Part shown: piece by piece, positions 1 through 12,530 of the stretch
How the letters are laid out: the number at the start of each line of letters is the position of its first letter
Numbering within the stretch: the stretch's first letter is position 1
NCBI RefSeq assembly: GCF_009914755.1
Contig: NC_060935.1
Direction: 5' to 3' (one strand)
Source of the DNA: the human T2T-CHM13v2.0 reference genome, Homo sapiens
Length of the DNA stretch: 64,000 nucleotides
Translations under genes and position numbers: made by a program
Notes under the pieces: generated by a model
What the model was told of the DNA's origin: nothing
The model's database searches: none
What the model saw: only the letters and a program-made list of their open reading frames with translations

Positions 1-3000
1 TTTGCCTTACCCAGAGACCCCATTGTGAATTACTGTTCTGAGGTCGTCCCTCCCCACCTGGAGTGGATCAAAGACAACAGGGACGAACAGAAAAAAGTCT
101 GAGCTTTGCCAGGTTGATATTGGGTGCTGAACGAGGTGACTAGTGTCTGTTTTGTTATGTGAATTCTGCTGGGATAGAAAATGTTAAATGGTTCCCCATG
201 CAGCTGGTTGGGCAGCATCTTGCATTTTAAGAATCTTGCCTATGTTTCCATAAAACAGAAAATGGTGACTTTTTTCTTGTAAAGTGGCTTGAACCCCACA
301 ACTATGGTGAGGTGAGCAGGCTGATCAGAAGCCGTTCCGTTCTTCTGGAAGTTACAGAGAAAAGGCACCCAGAAATCTGGTATGCCAGCAAAAAGTGTAA
401 GAAATTCTTACCAGCTAGGTTTCTGGTCTCTCTCTCTTTCTCCATCTGTGTAAACAGTAAACATCACTATATGTTTCTCTGTAAAGTTTTGATTAATAGA
501 AAAAAGAATTTACAAGACTAGTCTTAGCCTATAGCAAATCTGGTGTATTTTTGCTAAGAATTTGTCTTTCAGTGTTCTGTAATGGAAAGAGGGGTATCAC
601 AAGATAGAACATGGGTTTAGGACCCCTATAAGCCTGCTTTTCAAGCCAGCTCAGCAGGCTGGCCAATTATAATGGGTCCCTGAAACCAATACTGTATGAA
701 ATTTCTCTGTCTTGTTTGGCCTCCTTAAGAGCTTAATCTTGTGACCATATGTGGATACTTCCTTTTGGTTTATACCATCCAGCCCTAAAAATTTTTCTTG
801 AGCAGTTAAAAGCCTTGGCAAGGTTAAAAGTGGCTTCTCTAGTCTCCTTCTTGGAATAGCAATAGAAACTGCTCAATGCTGTAATTCAGTAGCTAAGACT
901 TTGCCTTTTGACATAGAGGCTCAGGCTCTATTCTTGGCTTCTGGAACGATTTCCTTCTGGTTTGCTATTTGCATAACTTTGCCATTTAATGAGGTTCCCC
1001 CACAACCCCATGGATAGCTTCTGATTTCCTCTCTTGAATTTTCCTTTCTCTGGACTACCTTGGGGAAATTCTAAATCTTGTAAAAAGAAACTGCTTACCA
1101 CACCTTTGAAGCACCTGGGAAGTTACTTTTGATAAAGTTCAAAAGCCAGAAATGTTGGCCGCATGGCTAAAGTTGGGTAATACGAAATTTAAAAGGATTT
1201 TGTTAAGAGCACTAAGGTTAAAAGTCAGCTTAATTAAAAGTGAATAAACAAGTTATGGATACATTTAAAAGACCTTTATGTTTTTCTCTTCTTGGATCTC
1301 GTTTTTCTGTAAAAGAGGGTTTTTTCTTCTTAGTAAACTGAATTATTTTTCTCCATTTTTTGTCTTGCCACTCTTAATGCACACATAAGAGGCACTAAGA
1401 TAACTTTTGGTAGCCTGAGACTCCTTGAGAAAAACAGAGGAAGCACCACAGACCCCATTTTGGGAAAAACAAACAACAAGAAACAAACAAAAAACCCTCT
1501 GTTTTCTTCATGACAACCAAGGAATTAAAAGTAGATGGATCACTCTCAAAATCAAAGGCTCTGTTCTGTTTTGCATTGTGTTATCTGACAGTTTGAATTT
1601 TGGGGATATCAGAAATTACTTTGCATTATGAGATAGCTTTGGTATGTAATAACTAGGTAGGAAATATACTTTAAGGGATGGCTAATAGTATTTTCAGAGG
1701 GAAACTTGGCTCTTCGCACACTTGGGTCAGAGAAGCATGCTCTGGGCCACCTGGAAGATACGGAAACATCCCCATGCCTGACTGAGAGATGAGACTTCCA
1801 TGGGGGATGGGCTGATTTCAAAATGGGTTGATTGGCTTTAGGTTGCCTTGCAATAAAATGCAGGTTAGAAGCACTGCACTCTCTTCTCCAGTAGTATTTC
1901 CTTCCTTTTGGGGATCTGGGATCCAGTATAAAATGGCATCCTTCATTTTGGAGATCTGTCTTTGCCTTCAGCTGTGCCTGCTTATTTAGCTTGGAAAAAA
2001 AATGCATGCTTTCCTGGCCCTGTTCCTCCAAGGGCTCCACTCTGAAGCCAGTAGTCCAGTTAACAACTGGCAAATAAAAAATCTTACAAGTGCTGAATTT
2101 TCTGTCTGTCTGTGTATTTATATAAACTTCTATAATTCTGATAAAATTTACTGTACATTATTAGTAATTATAATTGTTATACAAAATTGTTGGATGCCAC
2201 AGAAGTAAGCAAAATTCCTAGTCAATTATAGCTTTAATAGTGTCTATAGACTTTTGTCATCCACAGACATTTTGTCTTGCTTTGGTCGTTTTCAAAAGGC
2301 AGTTTATAATCAGGTATAGGACTCTGAGTGCAGGTCTCAGATAACTTTAAAAATTGTGCTATTGGAATAGAGGAAAAAAACAAAACTTCCAGGACTCTCA
2401 TGAAGAGCTGATGTCTTAAATGTCACCAATCCTTCAGTTTTCACAGTCAAGATAACTTATTTCTTTAGAGATATTTGCAACTTTTAACAAGTAGGTAAAA
2501 TACACTCCTGTGAAAAAATTTTGAAGCATATTTGTTTCTCTCTACCTGATTTCTCCAGAATTTGGAAACTCTTTGTAAGTATTCTCAATTTATGGCAGCA
2601 TGGTTAATTCCATAAGCACAATAAAAATCTGTTTTCTTTTGTAACATGACACAATTGGAGAAATTGGTTATTTTACCAAGGCTTTGACTGGAATGGCACT
2701 CTTCCCTTAAAGAATCGAAGTTGACTTACAGAGCCAATAAAAGCCCCTTGGGGAATCTGGCTTCATACCTTGTCTACACAGAGTCCTTGTACAAGGTTCT
2801 TGATCTGTAGTAAGTAAAGAATATCACTTTCTAACAGGTTCATGAGCTCCAAGTTATCTTGGGACCTTGAGAGGAGAGGAATTTACCCAACTCATAGGTA
2901 TTTAAGGGTACAAATGCATGGCTGGGATTGGCTCTTAAAAAGTCTTATCTGAGATTCCTCATGGAACAGAGTTCCATCAAAGCCAATTTAAACAAAAAAC

Positions 3001-3587
3001 AGCCTAAATAAAAAATAATTATTCTTGTTGCACTTCATGCAAATAATCAGGCCAAGTACAGTAAGACTAAAGCTTATTTTGGTAAACAGATTAGTTCTAT
3101 TATAATTTACTTTTAATAAAAATAGGGTCTGGAGAGAAAAATTATGCTTCAAAAGAAAACATATAATATACCCATTGTTAGTTTTGTTTGAGTTTTTTCC
3201 TACAGTTTGGACTAAATCCTAAATTCTTTGTGGATTAGAAGTCCCCAAATTAATGCTTTCCAATCTTTGCTTTTAAAATTGAGAATTGTACTCCTCATCC
3301 TAGGATTTGTTATTTACCTTACAGGAGGCTGTTGGCTTAAATATTATAGCAAAACTACAGAGGAGAGTACTAATGTTTTTGCATTGCAAGCATTGGAAGC
3401 CCAGCCAGTCCTGCATGAGTATGCTCAGACAGTTGCAAAGTGGTTACATTCTTCTCACCTTGGGGTTCACTCTAATTTCCACTATGTCTCCTGTCAGCAG
3501 GAAGAAGCCAGAGTGATCGACAGCCTTTTCCCATCTTCATAGCCTACACCTTAAGATTAAGCTATTAGAAAACCCAAACAGAGGGAT
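1..3587 (+). mobile_element. ERV1 (MER4/HUERS-P1 group) internal sequence, non-coding and decayed, in CASP4 intron 1; 5' part lies outside the window
   Basis: Runs into a purine-rich tract (aaacagaggga, ~3576-3586) directly before an LTR; no long ORFs. Family assigned by recalled similarity only. Confidence 0.6.
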
Positions 3588-4315
3588 TGAAACTGCCTTT
3601 GCAATATTATAACTGAGGTAATTACGACAGTGAAAGAAATAAGACCTAACCAACTCTATCTTGCTTCTATCCCTTAAGCTGTTCTTATTCATTCCTGGGC
3701 ATAGGCCGAACTGACTTTGGGAAGGAATTCAGTTCATGGTTTGACTGAAACAAAACCGGTAACAGCCTTTTCTCGAAAAGACCCTCTTCTTGCCTGGGGT
3801 CCAGTCTCCCTTTGCAGGACTAACAAATTAGCTACAAGACTAAAAATTACAATGTAAGGGACATGCAGCCTCTGGCTCCTAGAATTGGAATGTCCCCATT
3901 GTGCTCCCAGGGATAATATCACTTTATAAAATCTAATATCAGCACTTAAGATATTTTTCAGACGCTGCACTCAATGGATCAGCTGACACCACCCAAACCA
4001 GTAATCTAACCCAACCAGTTCTGCCATCACACCCAGGAAGAGAACACAGCAAGAAAACCTCACTTTGACACCCTATGATTCCATCTCCCACCTGAGTAAT
4101 CAGCACTTCCTACTTCCCAAGCCCCTAGCTGCCAAATTATCTTTAAACGTTCTTATTTCTGAATGCTCGGGGAGACTGATTTAAGTAATAATAACACTAC
4201 CCTCTCCAGAACAGCCGGATCTGCGTGAATTACTCTTACGCCATTGCAATTCCCCTGTCTTGATAAATTGGCTCTGTCTAAGCAGTGGGCAAGGTGAACC
4301 CACCTGGTGATTACA
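3588..4315 (+). mobile_element. 3' LTR, LTR8 family (LTR8A-like)
   Basis: TG...CA termini (tgaaactgcctttgcaa ... ggtgattaca); 5' sequence matches the recalled LTR8A consensus; homology to CASP5 intron 1 resumes immediately after it. Confidence 0.8.
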
Positions 4316-6617
4316 AATTCTTAATAGCAAACCAGGTAAGTTTGATTTCATTTAATAGATGATAGTTGCATGTTGGATATTTCAACAGAAGGAAGGCATG
4401 TTCATTCCCCTATCCATTCAGGTATATTTAATGAGCATAAATTCTTGAAACTTACTCTGCTGTTATTGGGGGTACCACTTTGGCAGCATGTCTGTACACT
4501 TTGAAGTTTGCAGTCAAGTGGAAAAATACATATGCAAATAAGTAAAATGAAAAATATTATAAGAATGTAAATAATTAGCAGAAGCTCAAGAAAAGCATAA
4601 GCAAAGTGTGTCTCAGGTACAGCTGTCCAGAGAAGGGAGGGCTTGGCACTGAGACCTGAAGGACTGGTAGGAATTTGTCCCCTGGAAAACTAGGATCTGG
4701 TCTTTTGGCAGAGAGCAGTAAGGAAAAAAGCACAAAGGCTTGAGGGTGTCTCGTGTAACCAGAAAACTGGGAGAGCTGGGCTTTAGAAGGAATAGAAATG
4801 TGAGGCCAGGACTGAAGTGGCAGTGATCAGAGACAGGGCAAGTATTTGAAGATGTTTGCAGAAAGTTAGATTAATGGCAGAGTTTGAGAGTCATGCCAAC
4901 CTGAGACCACTCCTCTCAACAGACTTTTGACCTAAAGCATATTTTGGAGGCATTCTCTAAGTATCCCCTTCAACTACAATATGGAAATAATAGCACAACT
5001 GTATTGATTGATGTTAAATATTAAATCAGAGAGAGTGCATGAATTAGCTATCATATGGTAAGTATTTTTTAAAGAAATGGTTACTATAGATTATTTTTTG
5101 TTATTATAATAATCACTGAATGAAAGCTGCAGTGATAATAAAAATGGCAGGAATCAATTAGAGGAAAAAACTTATCAGGACCACAGTTTTGGTTCCAGGC
5201 AAAGTGATGTAATGCTTAAACACATTACAGGATACAATTCCTCAAGAGTTTAAGGTAATAATAGCTGTCTACATTTGGTTGTTTATAATTATCAAACCAC
5301 GACTTGTTTTTGACTAGTGGCTTTCAATTTACCCTATCTTTATCTAATGATCCCTTGATTCCAGAGCTTAAGTTAAATGTTGTGAAGTTAGACATAAACC
5401 CCGGAGAGAATTGTTCTATAGGGAGAATCAAAGGAGTAAAGAAACAACAACAAGGTAATATGAGTGAAGTAAATACAGTATTTTTTTATGAAGTTGAAAT
5501 CATGCTTTACAAAGATTAATGGAAAAACTGGATACACATGTTTCAAAAGGTAGAAAAAATTGTCTGAAAGTTCAGATAGTAAAAAAAAGAAAAGGCAATA
5601 GGGAGCCACTGTATGTCCCTGAGCAAAGTTAATTACATTAATAGATCACTAGCAGATAAGCAGAGAGTGTTAACTAACTGGTCAACTTTCCTAATAGAAC
5701 AAACCTATGTCAAGTCAGTTTCATAAGAATTATGTGACGATCTTCAAAGGTAATAAATGCCTGCAGGGTATTTAAGATTGAGCTATTCGCGGTGAGGAAG
5801 GGGGTAGTCATCTGACTTTTTTTATATGACTACAGATTGCTGTGATATGTTATAAGGTTTAGAATTCACTGATCTAGTCCAATTTCTTCCTTTTCCTGTG
5901 AGGAGAATGAAGCCAAAGAAGCGTTATGACCTGCTGGAATACTAGCTGCCTAAGTAACTCTATCCCTTAGGCTTTTTCAGCTTCTGTGTATAAGACAGGT
6001 GACCTAAAAGTTGTGTGCAGAATGGATTGGAGAGTTAAGTCCTGGAGGGAAGGATACCAGTTAAAAACAATAACAACGGCAAAACAAAACAACTGTGATA
6101 TTAACCCATGAAATATTATATTAAAGTAGTCAGTATCAGGACCAACGAGAAAGAGGAAAAAATTGAATCACTTTAAACAGACCAAGAATGTAATTCACAA
6201 TAAGAGATGTCGAAGAAGATAACAATTCAGAGGCTCTCAGATCTGATTCTGCGAAAAAGGTTTGTGATCTGGGCAATTAATTTGGAATCAAAAGAAAGAT
6301 TTCAGAGTGCATTTCGAAACTTCTAGAATTGTCTCACACAAATAACTTCCTCTGGCTTTCTTTACCCTCCCTTTGATTACCAGAAGCTGAAAGAAAGGAA
6401 TTAACTTCTTTCTGGCTCAAAGACATCTGGAAAACATATGACCTCCGTCAATATCTCTAACACCAGGTCCCATGATTCAAACTACACACAATCAGTAAGA
6501 AAAGGAATTCAACATGTGTGCTATCGGCTCACTTCCTTTCTTGTGTTTATTTCAGAGCAATAAATCAAGTGTTTTCTAAGTTCCTACTCCCAAGCTCCTA
6601 GTCAGAAAAGGACTCAC

Positions 6618-6624
6618 CTGCCAT
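6618..6624 (-). CDS. CASP4: Caspase-4 exon 1, coding part (ATG GCA G, phase-1 donor); 5'UTR extends to about 6686
   Basis: Minus strand reads ...gacagaggctgttccctATGGCAG|gtgagt, matching the known CASP4 mRNA start (MAE...); consensus donor at 6612-6617; paralogous to CASP5 exon 1. Confidence 0.9.
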
Positions 6625-6669
6625 AGGGAACAGCCTCTGTCCTTTTTTACAGCGTTGGAAAGAGCCTCA

Positions 6670-6790
6670 GAGTCAAAAATGAAAGTAAACTATGTATTTC
6701 CTTATTGCAAAGGGCGGAAACGTGTAATTACAGATTGTGAAACTGCTGCTCAGAATTCCAGACTCATTATCAGGAAGTGCCTTGTCATCA
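6670..6790 (-). promoter_or_regulatory. CASP4: CASP4 proximal promoter: IRF-E-like AAAATGAAAGT (6676-6686), ETS/CEBP-like ttccttattgcaa (6698-6710), GC box GGGCGG (6712-6717), ETS CAGGAAGTG (6771-6779)
   Basis: Motifs read directly next to exon 1; no TATA box seen. Binding is not shown. Confidence 0.6.
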
Positions 6791-7066
6791 GCAAATTGGC
6801 ATCCAATTACTGGAATTTAGTTTCTGACTTGGGGGAAAAAAATGAAAATGACAAAATATTATCCTGTGGGTTGACACCTCAGCTTGTTTCTTTTCTTGTT
6901 TCCTGTGGCCACCCAAACTTCTTCTATCCATCTGTCTCTTCTCTTCCTGATCTCTCAGTTTTTCTTTCTCTGATTACAAAGAACGACAATGACTGAAGAA
7001 GTTTAATCTAACAACTCTTTTTCATTTCCTGATAAGAATTAACCCAATAGTTCATATTTCCAGCTT

Positions 7067-9909
7067 TTTGGGCAGGCACTGAGCTGCAGGAGTTTTTACA
7101 TAGTCCAGCAGCTCCCGGAACTCTAGTGAGGCAGGAGTCCCGTCCACTCCCATGGAAAGGGGGCTGAAGCCAGGGAGCAAAATGGCCTTGCAGCAGGTCC
7201 ATTCTCACAGAAGCCTGCAAGCTTAGATCCGCTGGATTAGAATCCCCACTAGCCAGCATAGCAGCCTGGAGTACGCCAGAGATGACCGAGTTCCCCAGGG
7301 GAGGGGCGACTGCCATTACTGCAGCTCTAGTCAGCGGTTTTTCCCTACCAGTGCTAGGGAGGCTGGGCAGATTGGACTGGGCAGCAGTCTTCACAGTGCA
7401 GCACAGCCGCTGTGGCAGATCATGGCCAGACTGCTTCTTTAGGTGGGACCGGGATCCATCCCTCCTCTCCCGGCAAGAAATGCTTGCAGGAATTTCAGCA
7501 ACTCCACCTAGAGTTTACAGACAGAGCTCTCATTTCCCTGGTACAGAGCACCTGCGGAGAGGGGCAGCTGCGGTCTCAGGTTCAGCCAACTTAATCTTTC
7601 CTGCCTGCTGGCTCTGAAGAGTATCAGCGATCCAGACAAGGGGGATTCCCCCAGCCCAGTGCACCATCTCTGCTAAGGGATAGCCAGACTCTTTCCTTAA
7701 GTGAGTTCCTGATCCTGGGCCTCCTGACTGGGTTAGACCATTCAACAGGGGTTGCCAGACACCTCATACAGGAGAGTTCCAACAGGCGTCAGGTCAGTGA
7801 TCCTCCGGGAAGAAGCTTCCGGAGGAAGGAGGAGGCAGCACTCTTTGCTGTTCTGCAGCCTCCATTGGTGATACATAGGTGAACAGTGTCTGGAGTAGAT
7901 CCTCAGCACACTGCAGCAGACCTGCAGAGGAAGGGCCTGAATGTTGGAAGAAAAACAAAAAAAAATAAAACAACAATAACACAGCATCAACAAAAAAGAC
8001 CCTACAAAAATCCCATCCAAAGGTCAACAGCTTTAAAGATTAAAGGTAGATAAATCCACAAAGATGACGAAAAACCAACGCAAAACCGCTGAAAATTCCA
8101 AAAGCTGGAATGCCTTTTCTCCTCAAATGATTTCAACACTTCTCCAGCAAGGGCACAAAACAGGGCTGAAGCTGAGATGGATGAACTGACAGAAGTAGGT
8201 ATCAGAAAGTGTGTAATGACAAACTTTGCTGAGCTAAAGGATTATATTCTAACCCAAGGCAAAGAAGCTAAGAACCGTGATAAAAGATTACAGGAACTGT
8301 TAATTAGAATAACCAGTTTAGAGAGGAATACAAATGACATGATGGAGCTGAGAAACACAGCATGAGAGCTTCATGATTCAAACACAAGTATCAATAGCCA
8401 AATCAACCAGGCAGAAGAAAGAGTATCAGAGCTTGAAGACTATCTTGCTAAAATAAGGCAGGTAGAAAAGATTACAGAAAAAAATAAAAAGCAATGAACA
8501 ATACCTTCCAGAACTATGGGACTATGTAAAAAGACCAAACCTATGACTGATTGAAGTACCTGAAAGAGATGTGGAGAATGGAGCCAAGTCAAAAAACACA
8601 CTTCAGGATATCATCCAGGAGAACATCCCCAACCTAGCAAGACAGGTCAACATTCAAATTCAGGAAATTCAGACAGTCCCAGTAAGATACTCCACAAGAA
8701 GATCAATCCCAAGACACATAATCATCAGATTCTCCAAGGTTGAAATGAAAGGAAAAAATGTTAAGGGCAGCCAGAGAGAGAGGCCAGGTCACCTACAGAG
8801 GGAAGCCCATCAGACTAGCAGTGGAATTCTCAGCAGAAATCCTACAAGCCAGAAAAGACTGGAGACCAATATTCAACATTAATAAAGAAAATAATTTCCA
8901 ACCCAGAATTTAATGTCTGGCCAAACTAAGCTTCATAAGTGAAGGAGAAATAAAATCCTTTTCAGACAAGCAAATGCTGAGGGATTTTGTCACCACCAGG
9001 CTTGCCTTGAAAGACATCCTGTAGGAAACAGTAGTCATGGAAAGGAAAATCTGTTAGCAGCCACTATAAAAACACACTAAAATACACAGGCCCATGACAC
9101 TATGAAGCAACTACATTAACAAGTCTGCAAAATTAACCAGGCAACATCATGATGACAGAATCAAATTCACACATACCAATATTAACCTTAAAATAAATGG
9201 GCCAAATTCCCCAATTAAAAGACACACAATGGCAAGCTGGACAAAAAGACAGGACTCATCAGTGTGCTGTATTCAAGAGACACTGTTGGTGAGAATGTAA
9301 ATTAGGTCAATGATTGTGGAAGAGTGTGTGGTGAGTCATTTAGAACAGAAATACCATTTGACCAAGAAATACCATTACTGGGTATACACCCAGAAGAATA
9401 TAAATCATTCTATTATAAAGATACATTACATACATGCATATGTTCATTGCAGCACTATTCACAATAGCAAAGACATGAAATCAATCAAAATGCCCATCAA
9501 TGGTAGGCTGGATAGAGAAAATGTGACACATATACACCATGGAATACAATGCAGCCATAAAAACGAATGAGATCATGTCCTTTGCAAGGACAAGAATGAA
9601 GCTGGAAGATGTTATCCGCAGCAGACTAATGCAGGAACAGAAAACCAAACACTGCATGTTCTCACTTATAAGTGGGAGCTGAACAATAAGAACACATGGA
9701 CTCAGGGAAGGGAACAACACACATGGAGGCCAGATAAGAGGATGGGGGATGCGAGAGAGCATTAAGGAAAAGAGATAATGCATGCTTGGCTTAATAACTA
9801 GGTGATGGGTTGATCTGTGCAGCAAACCACCATGGCACACGTTTACCTATGTAACAAACTGCGCATCCTGCACATGTATTCCAGAACTTAAAAAAATATT
9901 AAAATAAAA
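7067..9909 (+). mobile_element. Older primate L1 (L1PA7/8-like): partial 5'UTR, disrupted ORF1 (ATG ~8064), ORF2 start joined at ~9280 to the ORF2 3' end, 3'UTR and A-rich tail
   Basis: ORF1-like peptides in the ORF track (8177-8365, 8571-8882); junction gtattcaagagac|actgttggtgagaatgtaa skips most of ORF2; L1 3'UTR at 9680-9909. Confidence 0.85.
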
Positions 9910-10667
9910 TGGCAGTATGAAGCTTAACATTGAAGGATTGCAAGAGGTCAGAAATTCGCCTTCACTTTTAATGAGTTTGGGATTAGAAAAGGCTCATGAT
10001 TGCAACTGAATTTGTAGTTCTTCCAGTTCTTCAAAATCTTCACATCACTGAGTGACTGATTTAACCCCAATCTATTTCCCCTGCACAACACAAGTGCATA
10101 ATTTTGCATTCAGTGCACTGTAGTGTTTCTTCAGCATCTCATACTCTGTCTGCTATTTCTTTTATGTTTGTTGACTGTTATACATTCTTAAGGAGGCTGT
10201 GAAATATTAGGGATATATGGTTGAATTATTTATTTTTTCAAAGCTGTGAAAATACAATAAAGAACACATTTTGGTCACTTTATTAAATGACATTAAATAG
10301 TTTAAGTTTAAACTACTAAACAGCACTTTTAATGGTGAAAACACAGGTAGTATATTGTCATACTTGAATGCTTTTCTTTAGAAACACAATTCCAGTCCTT
10401 ATATATATTACAAGACAGCCTTAAAGGAAGAAGTGACATCTTTTCTACAGTACTTAAGATACTCAATACAGAAATGAAAAGCGGTCTAACAGAAACAAAG
10501 ACAAAGAGTGGTTTTTATCTCAGAAGAAAAGTAATGGTAGATTTAAAGCAGGCAGAAAAGATAATAGGACCTAGGAACTCTATAGTTTGTGGTTCAACCT
10601 TTGGGCTCTTTCTTCTTAATGTAAATGTGCACAAAGATGATTTACTTCCATTTCACATAAACTCTGG

Positions 10668-11714
10668 TGTTGTGGGAAGTCAGGGACCCCGAACAGAGGG
10701 ACCGGCTAAAGCCATGGCAGAAGAACATAAATTGTGAAGATTTCATGGACACTTATTAGTTCCTCAAATTAATACTTTTATAATTTCTTATGCCTGTCTT
10801 TACTGCAATCTCTGAACATAAATTGTGGAGATTTCATGGACACTTATCACTTCCCCAATCAATATTCTTGTGATTTCCTATGCCTGTCTTTACTTTAATC
10901 TCTTCATCCCATCATCTTTGTAAGCTGAGGGTGTATGTCGCCTTAGGACCCTGTGATAATTGCGTTAACTGCACAAATTGTTTAAACAATATGAAATCTG
11001 GGCACCTTGAAAAAAGAACAAGATAAGAGCGACGTTCAGGGAACAAGGGAGATAACCATTAGGTCTGGCTGCCTGAGAGCTGGGCGGAACAGAGCCGTAT
11101 TTCTCTTCTTTCAAAAGCAAATAGGAGAAATATTGCTGAATTCTTTTTCTCAGCAAGGAACAGAATGCGTTCCTAGGGGGAGGTCTCTAAAATGGCTGCT
11201 CTAGGGATGTCTGTCTTTTACGGTTGTCATAAGGAATGAAATAAGCCCCGGTCTCCTATAGTGCTCCCAGGCTTATTAGGATGAGGAAATTCCCACCTAA
11301 TAAATTTTGGTCAGACTGGTTGTCTGCTCTCAAACCCTGTCTCATGATAAGATGTTATCAATGACAATGCGTGCCCAAAGCTTCATTAGCAATTTTAATT
11401 TCACCCTGGTTCTGTGATCTCACCCTGCCTCCATTTGCCTTGTGATATTTTACTACCTTGTGAAGCACGTGATCTCTGTGACCCACACCCTATTCGTACA
11501 CTCCCTCCCCTTTTGAAAATCACTAACAAAAACTTGCTGGTTTTGTGGCTCAGGGGGCATCATGGAACCTGCCGACATGTGATGTCTACCCCGGACACCC
11601 AGCTTTAAAATTTCTCTCTTTTGTACTCTTTCCCTTTATTTCTCAGACTGGCCGACACTTAGGGAAATAGATAAGTGCCCACAAAGAATTATCAGGGATG
11701 GGTTTCCCCCAATA
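10668..11714 (+). mobile_element. MER11 solo LTR (HERV-K11/HML-8), 1047 bp, probably MER11C
   Basis: Starts tgttgtgggaagtcagggacccc; internal duplicated gaacataaattgtg(a/g)agatttcatggacacttat; 6-bp TSD ctctgg at 10662-10667 and 11715-11720. Confidence 0.9.
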
Positions 11715-11720
11715 CTCTGG

Positions 11721-12530
11721 CAAGTAGAGGTGCCAAAAAAACCTACAAAGTGCTCAAAATAGGCTTTTCCTCCTTGTTTTCTACTCATTCTTAGATTATT
11801 TGTTTCCTGCTTTTTTTTTTTTTTTCTTAAAAGGAGAAACTGAGCTGTGGCCTAGGGTTTTTGTGTGGTGGATCGATTTGTACTGCTCGTGGGCAGGACT
11901 CTACAGTGTGTCACCATTGAGTCAGGTCTACCCTTGTACATGTCTCAGTTTCTCTCTCCAGAGTTCTACAAACTCTGAGAGGGCTCAAAACACTGGGTAA
12001 TCAGCCTGATATTCATTTCCTGGACAAGCCATTTTTATAATTAATTTTTGTTGGGGATTTTCCTACAGGGCTACTGCATGTCACAAGGGGGTCAACCCCC
12101 AGACATACCCAGGGGTGCCTTTTGGCTAGGAGGAGCAAATGCCCTTTCTCTTCAAAAAAAGTTGAGAAAACTCAGTTTCTCATTAACCGGTGAAATCAAC
12201 AATTCAGTTCCTCATGCAAATGTGCAAAGTGAATTAAGATTAATTTTGGGAGACAAAGCAATAGAGAGAATTCCTTGAAAATCATCTCCAAACTATAATT
12301 AAAATCCTGAAACTACAACTTTCTAGGAGAAAAACCAGCTAAGATAAATCAAAGACCATCAACCAAAGAGAAGTCGGGGGCTCAGGAGGACTTACCAGTT
12401 CCACCAGATGAGAAGCTTGAAGTCATGTAGGCTTCAATGGGCCCTGCTACTACCATAGCTCCATATTTGGGCAACTCCTTCCGGGTCCTGAGTCTTCTCT
12501 GAGGTGCCACATGTTTGATCACCAAATTAT
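11721..12530 (-). mobile_element. ERV1 (MER4-group) leader/internal sequence, interrupted by MER11; probably continues left of 10662
   Basis: Abuts the LTR 3' end with a PBS-position TGG; consensus donor CTG|GTAAGT at 12390-12395 (-). Confidence 0.55.

Larger units (their letters stand above)
4316..7068. repeat. Paralogous block: CASP4 intron 1/exon 1/promoter aligns with CASP5 52670-54373 plus 60428-61650
   Basis: Colinear matches, e.g. agctgtccagagaagggagggcttggcactgagacctgaa at 4621 and 52971; aaaggcaatagggagcca at ~5591 and ~54118; gattaccagaagctgaaagaaaggaattaac at ~6375 and ~60958. Confidence 0.92.

Noticed and set aside
1-3587. ERV gag/pol/env coding potential (ORFs 1609-2073, 3228-3542)
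   Set aside because: Short, with no recognisable retroviral motifs.
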